A DNA stretch of 61,496 nt, filler included, from Dugesia japonica (Eukaryota): NCBI GenBank assembly GCA_001938525.1. It is 6 parts of 6 records of this genome, joined end to end, with 100 filler letters (N's around TTAATTAATTAA, not from the genome) between each part and the next. Parts side by side here need not be neighbours in the genome. Positions count along the whole stretch, not along the records: positions 30,436 to 42,430 come from MQRL01641308.1; positions 42,531 to 52,684 come from MQRL01336511.1; 4 more parts are not named here. One strand, written 5' to 3'. The translations under genes were made by a program, and so were the position numbers. Shown here piece after piece: positions 38,641 through 52,200 of the stretch; the stretch's first letter is position 1; the number at the start of each line of letters is the position of its first letter. Under the pieces are notes generated by a model that did no database searches, was not told the origin of the DNA, and saw nothing but the letters and a program-made list of their open reading frames with translations.

Positions 38641-39540
38641 TACAATTACAATTATTGTGAGAATAATTATCTATCGTTTTTCAGATTTTATTAAAATAAA
38701 AGCTGCGATCAAATTTTTATTTGTTTTTGATAGTATTGAGATAAATGAAGAAATGAGATTGATTTCTCTCAAGTTGCTAAAAAATAAATTGTTAAATAAC
38801 GACTACCCAAATAAATTATATCAAAATATTTATTTTGGAATACAAAATATAATAAAATCAACCAAAAACAAACACAGTTATTAAATTACCTTTTATTAAT
38901 GAGAAATGTAGCCAAATCATAAAAATTTAATTAAAAAAATCTATACTCAAGCACAATCGGAGAATTATATTCGAAACGCGAGAACCTTCAGGCATTCAAT
39001 TACAGAAACCACGACAAAACTTTTGTGGTCCCAAATGCATTTGTGATGGTAGAAATATATGCAATAAGAAAAATGTAACTTATAAAATAACATGCACCAT
39101 TTATAAAGAAACATGTATAGGTGAAACCGAACGATACGAGCAAGAATTAAGGAACAACTCAGACAAAAAGAAAGTGAAGTCTTCAAACACTTTCAATACA
39201 AACATAAAATTTCACTAGAACATCACATAACGTGGAAAACACTAGGAACCGACTACATTTCCACACATCACAGGAAAAAACATGAAGAATTACTAATTAT
39301 AAAGATAATTCTAAAATCAATGTAATTTATAATAATTAATTAATTAAAATAAAAAAAATTAAAATTAACCAATTAAAATTCAGTAAAATTAATTAATACA
39401 AAATAAATATTTCTATTGCAAAAATAAATCTTGAATAAATCCAAAAAGTTAATTCCTGATGAAGACAAAGTCGAAAATTCGAAATACTATCAAAAACAAA
39501 AAAAATTGATCGAAACTTTTATTTTAATGAAATATATATA
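38641..39540 (+). mobile_element. 5'-truncated Penelope-like retroelement: inverted pseudo-LTR, RT thumb, GIY-YIG endonuclease, 3' pseudo-LTR
   Basis: LLNNDYP and IKLPF thumb-like words; CGPKCIC..C.KKNVTYKITC..CIGETER..RIKEQ..SEVFKHF..H; 38641-38737 is an inverted copy of the sequence after 39484. Confidence 0.85.
39451..39485 (+). ncRNA. Minimal type I hammerhead ribozyme (Penelope pseudo-LTR)
   Basis: TTC-CTGATGA-A-GAC-AAA-GTC-GAAA-AT-TC^GAA: full core, 3-bp stem II, palindromic AATT in place of stem III, TTC/GAA stem I. Confidence 0.75.
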
Positions 39541-39745
39541 AATAAATATTTTTAAAAGTTTATATTTATACAAATTAAATAATACAGAATTTTCATTAAA
39601 AAAAACTTTGATAATTTGAAAATAACTGGAAGAAAATAAGAATAAAACATTAAAGTATAAATAATTTAATAATAATTTATTAAAATAATTTAATTAGAAA
39701 AAACATGAAAGAATTTACACAATATAAAAATTACGTTATAAATAA

Positions 39746-40004
39746 GGCGCTGCCCATTAATTATATCAACTAAATCGGAAAAGATTTGAATAAGTTTGAC
39801 AATTGTTGACAAAGTTTGGAGCCTGTGCAAGATAAATTGACGTCAACTATACTTTTAACAATAAATTTAATAAATCAAAAAAATTTGTTAAAATATTGTT
39901 TATTGTGAGGAGTAAACATTTGTTATTAGGGGTCACTGAAAGTTTGAAAATTTGTTGACAAAGATGGATGGGTTAAAAATTCCTTGAAAACTGTTGACAG
40001 TCCC
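39746..40004. mobile_element. PIF/Harbinger-like MITE
   Basis: Ends GGCGCTGCCCAT.. and ..GACAGTCCC flanked by TAA / TTA; internal GTTGAC/GTCAAC repeats. Confidence 0.5.
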
Positions 40005-42305
40005 TTATATGTCCAAGCGATAAGTCATTTGACTTCATTTGGCGCTTTCAACTTCGCTAAACGTATTAAAATACCCAAGCTATTTTTGACACACTAAGTA
40101 ACATTTAACCATTTCATAGTGCAAACTATTTATTTTAAAGGACAACTAAATTAACTGAAGTGATAATATTTTTCTTATGTGTAATATGTTTGTTCCAGGT
40201 TCAAATGTATATTTTTAAAATTGAGTAAATTAAATTATAAAGAAAGAATTTATTTTTCGTGCGATGTATTAGCTAAGTGCTAATTCCTTTCACTGTAAAT
40301 ATTATCTTAAAAAAATTAATTAATTTTAAACCTTTTAAAATATTCAAGTATCGTTAATATTTTTTAATAGTTCAAATAAAATAATTTAAATTACTCAAAC
40401 CAGAAGGAGAATTTAACACTTGAAAGACCAAATGTTGAGTGATATTTAGAATGATACATACTGGTTAATTTCGCTTCGATTATATTAATTACACGTTATG
40501 AATTGTGAGAATATTATATGGAGTGGTTTGGTTTTAAATTCAAAATTATAATTAAATTAATTTATTGACTAATTAAATTAATAACATAAAACCAAAACAT
40601 TTTACAGTAAAAATATTAAAATTTTCAATATACAATAAATCGAAAAATATAAATAAATTTTATTTTAAAAAATATTTTTATTTTTACGATATATTTTTTA
40701 AAAAAATTTTGAATGTTAAGATGTCGTCAAATTTAATAAATTTTAATAAATATATAATTTAACACCATGAACACCAATAAGGTTATACAATTCTATATTA
40801 CTTTTTTTAAAAAAATTAAACAATCAATTAAAAATTATAATAAAGCACCACAAATCTGCGATGGTATTAAATGTTTACAGAAGAAAATTCGCATTAATAA
40901 AAAGTTGAAACATAATGATTTAATTTTTAATATTTAACTCCAAACAAGAATAGTACAAGATATTAAATTAAGTATTTCGAAGACCGTTTTATTCGGAATA
41001 AGTATTAACAGTCTTCTAACTGTTTTCAAATCAAATTGTGAAATTTTATACTTTCCAATAATATAAAGTGAAATTATCACATCATGGATTACTCTTGTTA
41101 ATGTTTTCTTGCTTTTGTTACTATTTTATTCAAGGTTATAAAAAGGTATAAATATATAATTACAATATACTAATATACTAATATATATATATATATATAA
41201 TTTTCAATGGGAAAATAGAATCGCATACCCCTGTAATATTAACAGCGATTCTAGGGATCATCGTGCTAAATACAAAAATCGGAGGCTATTTTTATATGTT
41301 ACTCCTCGTGTATATAATTTTTAGAAATTAAATACGAAAGTTGTTTCTTTTAAATTAAAAAAATATATATTTGAATTATTAAAAAATTTAAGCGGGGTGT
41401 GAACAATTAAATATTTATTATCTATTTGAGTTACTTTAGATTTTTAAATACAAATTTTTCTTTGTGTTCATAGAGATCTATCAATTATCAACAATGAATA
41501 CTTATGATCGAATAACTGTAAAGATAATTTAAATAAAATAACCACATTAAAAATAACCCGTTTTATACAAAAACTCATTCATAGAAAGTTTAATTTCCTA
41601 CTTACTCTAGGCCTTTTAATATTATAAAATTAAAATAAAAACGTTTAATTAATTAAAGTTAACATTTGATATTTTGTCACTGAAATTAATAACCAGAAAT
41701 TAACAAGTCAATTTCAATGCAGTTCTAAACATTCAAATTCTTCTTTAAAAAAATATCAGTCTAATAATAATGAAACCTTAAAACGAAAAATTATATTACA
41801 AAAACACTGACGTATTAAAACGATTGCTGTAGAGTTAAATTAGATTTCAAAATGATTTTTTTCCTTGTTTTATTTGAATAGAATGAGTATAGTACATAGT
41901 ATAGTAAACTACTAAAAAATCAAATCTAAAATCTAGACTCTTATTAGAAAATATTATCAAATTTCAAAAAAATAGATTAATATATTTCATGTAACAAAAT
42001 CTTTTATATTAAATTATACTATACTTATTTTTGATTTGTGTCATGAACAAATACATTGTAAAATCATATGGATTAATTGGATTTTATTTCATTTTGTTAT
42101 TATAGAAATGAGCTAATTTCATTACTGTCTGAGGTTCTGAGCCAATTTTGTCAAAAAATAAAAAATGCTCTATACAGACGAATGAACATCTTGTAAAAAA
42201 TAATCATTAAATATCGTACAATAATTATTTATTTTGCGATCAACAAAGTAAATTTCCAAAGTAAAATTTCATATTTAATTGATTATTTTACAATTGNNNN
42301 NNNNN

Positions 42306-42420
42306 TGAGAATAATTGTTGGACATAACCATTGATCGTTTTTCAGAATTCATTTAAAATAAAAACTTCGATCAAAAACCAAAAAACAAAATTTGATCGAA
42401 GCTTTTATTTTAAATGAATT
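42306..42420. repeat. Inverted pair of Penelope pseudo-LTR fragments
   Basis: AATTCATTTAAAATAAAAACTTCGATCAAA ... TTTGATCGAAGCTTTTATTTTAAATGAATT; left part matches 38118-38195. Confidence 0.7.
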
Positions 42421-42430
42421 AATTGATTAT

Positions 42431-42530
42431 NNNNNNNNNNNNNNNNNNNNNNNNNNNNNNNNNNNNNNNNNNNNTTAATTAATTAANNNNNNNNNNNNNN
42501 NNNNNNNNNNNNNNNNNNNNNNNNNNNNNN
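42431..42530. other. Artificial scaffold-joining spacer 4
   Basis: 44 N + TTAATTAATTAA + 44 N. Confidence 0.95.
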
Positions 42531-42769
42531 ATTGTAATTATAAAATTATATATCAAAAACAACACAAAATTTAAAAGTGTTAAATATAATATAATATAAT
42601 AATTAAAAATTTCTAACATAAAAACTAATATAGAATAAAAAATTTTAAAAAGTTAATTTAAAAATAAAAATTAAAATTCATAATTAAATAAACCAATAAA
42701 ATTTCGATAAAATCTAAAGAATTGAGTAGCAAAGATCAATTGTATTGAATATCTCAAGAAGCCAACATG

Positions 42770-42801
42770 TTCCTGAAGAAGACTATTGTCGAAAATTTGA
42801 A
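42770..42801 (+). ncRNA. Minimal hammerhead-ribozyme motif in another pseudo-LTR copy
   Basis: TTC-CTGAAGA-A-GAC-TATT-GTC-GAAA-AT-TT^GAA, followed by the same TCGAAGCTTTT tail. Confidence 0.65.
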
Positions 42802-45800
42802 ATTCTTTACAAATAAATTTTATTTTGGTCGAAGCTTTTTCTTTATTTTAATGAAATTTTTAAAGCTATTCATTTAAAATTAATTAAATTTCCTTATCTA
42901 AAAACATAAATAATATTTTGATATATTTTTTATCATTCAAAAGTTTAAAAATGCTAGCAATTTTAAACAATTCCAAAAGTTTTGATTTTCCCACACTGCT
43001 TTAATGTATATAAATTTTTTGGTATAATTTGAATTTCTTTGGGGATTTTAATAAGTAACAAATTGATTATAACAAAATGATATCTTAACTTTTTATATGC
43101 CAAAACTTGTAAAATCTATTTTCCTCCTAATAATTCCAGGAACTGTTGGCAATTAAATAAAAAAGAAAAAATGTTTGTTAATTTAGACCTGAACAATGAA
43201 GTCCATTTAAAAATGTTATACATAGTAAACTTTCTCAAAAAACCATATAAAATGTAATATTCCAAAAGAAGGACAATGACAAGTAATGAGTTAACGATGT
43301 AATTATAAACATTATCGACTTAACCAAATGAAAAAATCACCAATCTTATTATAATTCTTGAAATAGAATATTATAAATTTTAAATATCTGATTTAAAATC
43401 TTAAAAACAGACGATCTTAATCCAAATGCAAAATAATAGATTTTTCAAATGCATATCAGCTTTTATATTCTAAAGATCTTATATATTTTACCATCGAGTA
43501 GGGGTTTAAAGTATCAATATCGGGTAATTCAGAATTCGATCATGTTAAATATGAAAGTATTTTCCGAATATTTCAAATTGAAATGGAAATTATTTTTTGT
43601 TGGGTTTTGGAAACTCATCGAATCATTAACACCAGAATTCAAATTCATTACAACGATTTATTAATATAAAAAACTATAACCAACAATATTTGTTAATCAA
43701 ACAAATTAAAATCCCTTGTTTTAATTGGTGATCTTTTTTATAAAATTAAAAATAAAAACATTTTATTTATTTACTTAATTTTCATTAAAAATTTACATCA
43801 AAATTTTCACTAACTTTTAAAATTTTATTTCAATAATTTTAATTTATCCTTAAACTAAGTATTTGTTTATTTAAATTTTTCATCAATAATTTAAATCTCT
43901 CTTTTAAACAAAAGATTTTAAAAATAAGATCACCAATCACACAAAAATTTAAACTTGCTTTTCACAACCGCTCACATTACTATTGCGACTTACTATTTAT
44001 TATTCTCATTATTATTTTATTCAATTATAATTACATTGTGTTAGTAAATTATAATTATACCAGTGTTGAATAAAATAATGAGAATAATAAATAATAGTAA
44101 GTCGAAATAGTAACAATAAAATAATTTGCATTTCAATTTGAAATATTCGGAAAATACTTTCAGATTTAAAATGATTAGAAAACTGTAAGTTGAATATTAT
44201 CAATTAGTAATAAATTATTTTATTATTTAATATTTGTAACATTTAATTGTGATAATTAATTTTACAATTGTCAGATTGAGGAATAAATAATGTCTGTTTT
44301 GTGATTTTCATAGGGAAGGAATCATTTNATGATACTAGTTCATGAGACAATTCTATCTTACTTTTTCATTTCCTATCAAATTATATAAAAAATTTTAAAT
44401 ATCGTTGCAATAAAATTTTCTTGTTTACCTACTGCCACGATTAAATTCAGTAAGCAGGAAATGCTGCAAATGCTCGTTTTTGTTTACTTGACTGACCGTT
44501 TCAAATATCAAAATTTAACAAAATTAAAATTGAATAATTAAAACAAATGCATGACCTTGTAGAGCGAAAAGTTCTCTTTCAAACCACATATAATACTTAG
44601 AAAAATATTTTTATTTATATCTGCCTTTTTAAATTAAAATAAACCGGACATTACTTATTCCCCATCCTAATATTACTAAAATAATTGTTGAATCTAACCA
44701 CTGACCTTATTTTTAAAGTTTGAATAAATTAGAAATTGTAGATCAAAAATATTTTCTTTAATTTCTTATTAAATACCCAACAAGTTATTGAACAAAAAAT
44801 TAAAGGAAATCTTTTTGATCTAGGCTTATAATTTATTGAAACTGTATGTGGTAGTTTATATGAAATTTTCAATTTTCGGTTTTTTTCAAAATGATTTTTT
44901 ATTCATTTAAATTATAAACAAAAATTTATGAGTTTGTATATATTTATTTGGATCCATTAAGTTTTTATCTTAATATTCTTATTACTGGTTAAGTTAAATA
45001 ATTAAATTGCAGAAAAACTGTTAATTTTTTATAAATATTCGATCGTGGTGTGATTTATAGCAATTGATTTACAAAAGTAAAATATCTTTATATATTGACA
45101 TTTAATATCTAATGCTGCTAGCTCATGTATATTAAAGGGAGGCATTTTGGTTCGTTGGCAATCAATAATTGCATGCATTAGTCTAGCATTTTATAATATC
45201 TGTACTTTTTAATTTATGGCCTTTCAGTTTAGTGCAGAATTTTAAAATTTCTTTTATTTGTTTTCTTATAATATTTATTATTTTTATTTTATTTTAAAAT
45301 TACTACAATTTATTTATTTTTTATTTTACAAAAATTTTCGAATAACCAATTTTTACATGACAGACTGTTAATCTTTGATGATAAATGAATTTTACGTCAT
45401 TTAGAAAATCACCTTTACTTTGTATTTCATATTTATTATCAGTTACTTTTCATGATTCTTGCTTTGTTTAAAAATTAAGGATTATAGATTTGTGGAAATA
45501 TTAGATTCAATTTATTAAGAAATTGTTGCATTAAATGTAATTAATTAATTGATAAATATTTTCGTATTAATATATATCCTCGCTTAATTATAGTAAATAT
45601 TACTTTCTATTTATAATAATAATATTTTAAAGTTGAAAGTTTTGTTTATATTAAATGATATAAATCGGATTTATTTCATCCGTATTAAATATTTATTTTA
45701 GTAAAATTAGAAAATTGGTTTGTATTTATTGATGGTATTCAGTATCCGTTGTTTAATATAGAATAAACACGAAATTTAATAGTTCAACTAAATATAAGAT

Positions 45801-46219
45801 ATTTTGTCAGAAATATCTAGATGACGATGATGCATCGTGAACCAGAAAACAAATATTGTGAAATAAATAGAAATCCTATCATTCGGTTGCTAAGCAACTA
45901 CAAGTCTGCATTGTTATTAATTCTAAATAAGTGACACACTTGCATGGCTGAAAATATTTTAACTTCGAAATACTTCGAATACGTGTTCTTCATGTCATGA
46001 TTTTGATATAGAATTACATTGTGATATTTTATAATTTATGTACCTTTTTATTGTGATGATTTTCAGTCGTTTCATTTTTTGGAATGTTTTTATAACTATT
46101 TTTTCAGATTGATGTTTTCAATAAAATTTTTAATTACATGCAAAAAGATTTATTTCATTGATAATATAACAAAATTATTAGTTGCTGTTTAATGATAGGA
46201 TTTAATTTTAACTATATAG

Positions 46220-49200
46220 AGTGCAACCGCTGAAATCACATTGATTAAAGGCAACAAAATTAAGATGGTGATTGATGAGAAATATGCTGACTCATGTAAT
46301 GAAGAAGTTTTATGGGTTGATTACAAAAATATAGTGAAAATTCTCAATCCAGGTTGTAGAATCTATGTAGATGATGGTCTAATAAGCCTTATTGTCCATG
46401 AAAAAGGTGAAATAATCATAAATTATTTTGTTTTAATTTCTTAATTGAAATACTTGTGTATAAAGCATTTAGAACAGTGATTCCCAACAGGGGGCAATTT
46501 GAAAATGAACTCATTTTAAAATTAAAGCTTTTTTATATCCTCAGTCGCTACTAGAGTTGTGTAAACCTCAAATATAATAACTTCTGCTTTCTTTTGTAGA
46601 GTAGCTTCAGAGATAGGCAACATAGTTAACTAAATTCGAACCCGACATAATATCTCTTTGTAGCAAGCATCAAGCCCAAGGTTCTCATTAAACCTAAATA
46701 CTAAAGAATTCACATTAATTATTATAAGCTTAAAAATTTTCATAAAATCATTAGTATTATGTCTAAAAATAAATTCCTAAGAATTTCTTTAAAACTTATC
46801 ATTCGAAATTCTTTAGTGAACATTTGAATTTTAGGATAGAAAGGATGTGGGACATTTGAATTTTATAGAGGCTTAGGTGGGACATGGATTAAAAAAGGTT
46901 GGGAAACACTGCTATTTAGAATCTATTTAAATCTTCATAATATGCTAATTTGTTTATTTTTTTTTACTTTAAAAGTATGAAATTGTACAATGTTTTGAAA
47001 TATTTTTTTCAGAAATTAAAGAATTCTGACATGACTTAAACTTGTTTTTGAAAAAAATCAGAAATGTATTATAAACACCGAAACACGTAATAGCAACACG
47101 TTTCAGCAGTACATCTGTCATCTCCAGAAAAACTGTTTTAAACTATAAATAGAGTATATATAGTAAAATTCCGCGTTGTGTAATTGATTATGTAACAGCC
47201 TCAATCAAATTCAAACATAAAGATATTCAATAATGATTTAGAAAAGCCCGTTTGAACATTAATTTTTGGATCATAAGATCTAATTATCAATGCATCGTGC
47301 ATGAATCTCTCATAATACTGTTTAAAGCTTCCGCAAAAAAAAATTTCTACAAAACATTTTTTTGTGCAGAAAATTTAGAGATTATTGGGAGGGAGTCGCT
47401 GTCTAATCCTCAATTAACAACATAATTAATAAGACTTCTTTAAGAACGCTATTACCATCTTTCGGGTTAATACGTGAACTCATTAATAGAACTACTACAG
47501 ACAAATTTTAATATGGGATTATCGTAACACGGCACACAATTTGTAGCGCTATAAACACCCCATCATCTTCTTAGATCCGCTCAATTCTTGTTTCAACGAG
47601 GTCCCGTCCTGATTTAACTTTGGATATCCCAATATTAGGATGTCCTGTTCGGTAAGTGGGTATGCCATCAACCGAAACAGAAGGGCACAGCACAGTATGA
47701 TGAATAGACCGCATATTGTAGCACTTCCCACGAAAGCTTATTTAAAAATTCATAAACTCTGCTTGCGACGTTCGGCTGGGCTTTCTCAAGCAGCAAAATG
47801 ACTTTGTGTTGTCTTATCTCATACTACAATTGTTTGTCACGCAATGCCTACCTCAGATGGATTATCTGGTCTAGGTTCAAGTCCCTGTTGACCAAGCTTT
47901 AAAAGCTCGTGACGCATAACAGAGTCTTTTTCCATTGGATGTTTCTCTCTGGAGTTCTTTTTGAATGCTGGCCATTCATTTTCCTGTATTTAGTATTTTC
48001 GAAAAAAATCCATTTTTTGTTACCCGTAACAATTTAATGCACGAAACCTTTCCTTTTTGTAGAGCAGGCAAAATGTCATCTGTGGCCTTGTATCTTTAAA
48101 TCTTTAAAAGTCTCTTAGGTTGAGTTCGTAAGACACCCACCTTCCTTGCTTGTAAACCTAACACATGGTTTTTAAACGTCGACTTATCGATGATCAACAA
48201 ACATTTAATTATTTGGCAAGACCATTTTGACCTTAGCACGGATCTTCATCCATCAATGCTTCCAGCTTTTGGTCTTCAAACCGTTTCCTTTGTACAGGAC
48301 GATCTTTATCTTCCACCGAAAAATCATCATTTTCCTCATTTTTCAGCAAAAGTATAAAAATGAAAATTAGAAAATTTAATTAATTTTTAAAATTTTCATA
48401 GGGCCAGATTTTTTGGATTGTGAAGTTGAAAATGGGGGTAAATTAGGATCTAAGAAAGGAGTAAATTTGCCAGGTGCGAAAGTTGATTTACCAGCTGTTT
48501 CAGATAAAGATATATCTGATCTGCACTTTGGTGTTGAACAAGGGGTATTAGATTCTTTGCATAATTATTTGCCTAATAAGATCTAGGTTGATATGGTTTT
48601 CGCTTCATTCATACGATGTGGTGCTGCTGTTGATGAAATTCGAAGCATTCTTGGTGAGAAAGGCAAACATATTTTGATTATTTCAAAAATAGAAAATCAT
48701 GAAGGTGTGAAACGGTACATATTACGTACTTTAAGAACATCCTCTACTATCTAAGTTTAGATTTGATGAAATATTGCAAGCATCCGATGGTATTATGGTT
48801 GCCAGAGGTGATTTGGGAATAGAAATACCCGCAGAAAAGGTATTCCTTGCACAGAAATTAATGATTGGCCGCTGTAATCGTCTTGGCAAACCGATTATTT
48901 GTGCCACTCAAATGTTGGAATCAATGATAACTAAACCCCGACCAACACGAGCTGAATCCAGTGATGTAGCAAATGCCATTTTGGATGGAGCCGATTGCGT
49001 AATGCTCTCAGGTTGAATATTACATACTTTATAGATTTTAATGAATTTTAATTAATTAATTTAATTTTAATTAATTATAACTGCTATTATAAAAAACTTA
49101 AATTTAAATTGAAGGATAAAATAAGTAAATTTGTTTTAATAATAATCTTTATTTATTTATCTTTATGATTTGAATTAACTTTTATATATAAACTCAGTGT

Positions 49201-52200
49201 TGATTTAAATAATCGAGTGCCACCGACTGTTTCTCCAAACATTTGCAATGTTTTATGTTAATAAATAATTCCCGAATTATTGAGTTGTGGAAAAAGTTCT
49301 GCAATATATTTTTCATTAAAATGAAAACACTAAATTAAGACATGCAAATATTATTTTAATCACATAAATAATGTGCATTTTGCTGAATAATCTTTGGCTA
49401 CCATTGTGATAATGTCAGTATTTCCTTCTCATAACAACTTTGTGGTTTTCCGGCGAAAAATATGTCCAAGCACTCTTTGAAGTCCTCCAAGGAATGAAAT
49501 CGTCGTGTATCCAAATGATTTTGAAGCTATCTGAACAGATGGTAGTCCGTAGAATCTATATCTGGCGATTAAAGATAGTGCTGCATTACTTCTCAATCGA
49601 AGTCTTTCAGTTTAGAGTTGGTCGCAAAATCAATATCTGAATTGGTGTTGTCATAATGAAATACCACAATCTCCCTGCTCGCCAATTCTGAACGTTTCTT
49701 CGGAACTACCTAATTCAGTTTTAATATAATTAAGACTCTAATAAAACACAGGATTTTGACGTATTGATAGTCTGACCACTTGGAAGCATCTCGTTAAATA
49801 TAATGCCCTTACAATTCCACCAAATGCATAGTTTCACCTTCTGTGGATGCATATCAGGTTTGGCAAGTGATAGCGACGATTCATTATGACTGTAGACGTC
49901 TAATGTTGTTGTAAACCACCCATTTCTCGTCCGCAGTATTATCCGCTTAAGAAATGGATCCAGTGAATTCCATTTTAGCAAAGAATTACATATCAAAGTG
50001 TTTCCTGATAAATCATGTGCGACCCATTTATCCAATTTTTTTTTGTAACCACCATAGTTTCCTTTACCGCTTTGCAACTGTTGAATGTTCAACTTCCATG
50101 CACTGTGCTATTGCTCGCGTTGTTATATGACGGTCTGATTTGATTTTGGACAAGATTTCGCCGTCATCAATGGTCACAGGGTGACTGGAGTAATAACTGT
50201 CTTTCAAACTGACATTTCCTAAACAGAAACGTATAAACCATCTTTTGCAGGTATCAAAGCTTATGGCTGAGTCACCATAAATTGCGCAGTTCACGCATCG
50301 CTTATGTGGCTCTTATTCGTTTACTGAATAAAAGCAATAACTCCGTAATGATTTCGGTTTTCTAAAAATAAGATTAATTTAAAGTTTTTTGTCATGCAAC
50401 TGTATTATCATAAAATTTTTTTATCTATATAATTTAAATAACTTGTGGTTGATAATTATGTCAAGTAAATTTGTATTTCAATTTATTATTTGATAATAGG
50501 GCAGACATCAAATCTCCGGCGACAAGTAGCTTCATTTATTATATCTCTGCCGTTTATAAGTTCTTTAAAAGAGTTATACTGAAATCCAACACTGAAATAA
50601 ATTGATCGCAGACAAAAAAGTTTTATCACACTTGATGCGTGCTTTTCAATATTTTCTATAAATAAAAATACATAAATGAATGAACACAGCAATTTAATTA
50701 AAAAACTTTGTTGAATCAAATTAAAATAAACTATAAACCGTGGCTACATAGAGAAAAAAAGTTTAATTTAGAAAATAGGTTAATTACTGGAGTGCGGCTT
50801 ATTAATGGAACGTAAAGATATAACCCAATTCTTTAACTGATTTTCCAATAAAGGCCATTTAGGTCGGTGATCACGTTTATTCGGTATTTCAGCTAAATTA
50901 TTTAGTTTTCTCCAACATCTAACCATCGATTAATTCCAAAATGAGAATATAATTTTAGAATCTTGATGAGTGCAGCTTATTAGAAGGATGCAACTTCTAG
51001 CGGAAAACAGTAAATAAAAAAAATAAAAACTATTCAGTCAAGGGATAATTTCTACATTTAAACAAAAAATATCTGAAAAGGTTTCTTTACAATATTATTA
51101 TTTTAATTGAATCAATTAATAATCCCAAGGATATTTATTAAATTAATCAGTGCAATAGATTTATCTATTTGAATTAATGACTCTAATATTCCTAAATCAA
51201 ATAACTGTTGGACAATATTTTTGCCAAATGTAAGAATGTGAAATACTTATTGAGATTCCGACAAATAATTCCTCGAAAAATTTATAGAAATAATTTAACT
51301 GAAAGTGTTGAATTGTTTCATTAGAATGCGCCGAGGAAATATGAATATAGTTGTCTCTTATCTACAATCAACTAAAAGTATAATATTATTTGTTAATAAA
51401 TAAAGAGCAAATATTCAAATGTCGTAACCTTACAAATTCAAGAAATAGTATTAAATTTAATGCTTAATGAGACTAATATAATTATATTTCCGAAAAACTT
51501 TGACTAGTAAAACATCCAAACTATTAAAGATTAATACGATATTCTAAAATATTTAAATAACTAAAACAATATTAGTTTAAAACCAGGAAACACTTACGAT
51601 AGTAACTTTGCTGCTATGAAATTGTGTTGTAATGACTTTGCAACTCATGTGTCGTGTTTGAAATTATTAAACATCAATAAAAATAAAAAAGTATCGTATT
51701 TTCATGCTGACAAGACACAAAAATTATGAGAAATCACTTGCTTTGTACTATTTAAGAGACTAGGTAATATATCGATTTCAGTTCACTGAAATATTGCCGG
51801 CAAAACATTTTATCTGTCAAATTCAATCAAAACTAATAACTCAAGAATTTTAAAATTTTGATTTCAATTTTCTGTAAATTTTCGTTAGCTTTGTTAACAA
51901 AAAAATAAATCAATGCTATCTCAAAGTTTTTCAACTTTTACTTTGTAAATCAATATTTATTTTACTGATCAATAAAGAGCAAATTAACATTTTTGGGAAA
52001 AAATGACTGTCTTCATTTCTACATGATTACGATTGTAATTTTAAAATTTATTATTGTGGGGAATTATTAAAAAATCGATAATTTTCATTTACTTTAAAAA
52101 AAGAATCCAAATATTGAAGTAAAAATTGTGAAAAATATTAACTAATAGAAATTGAATAAAATATTATTATGTTTAATTTTGTTTAATAAAATGTCTAAAA

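Noticed and set aside
38152-38884. Two ORFs sharing MITIYLLLHHP as a duplicated gene
   Set aside because: The shared peptide is the translated terminal inverted repeat of a MITE
40421-40475. miR-71-like seed TGAAAGAC with partial downstream complementarity
   Set aside because: The rest does not resemble miR-71 and only about 14 interrupted pairs form; no miR-2 cluster adjacent
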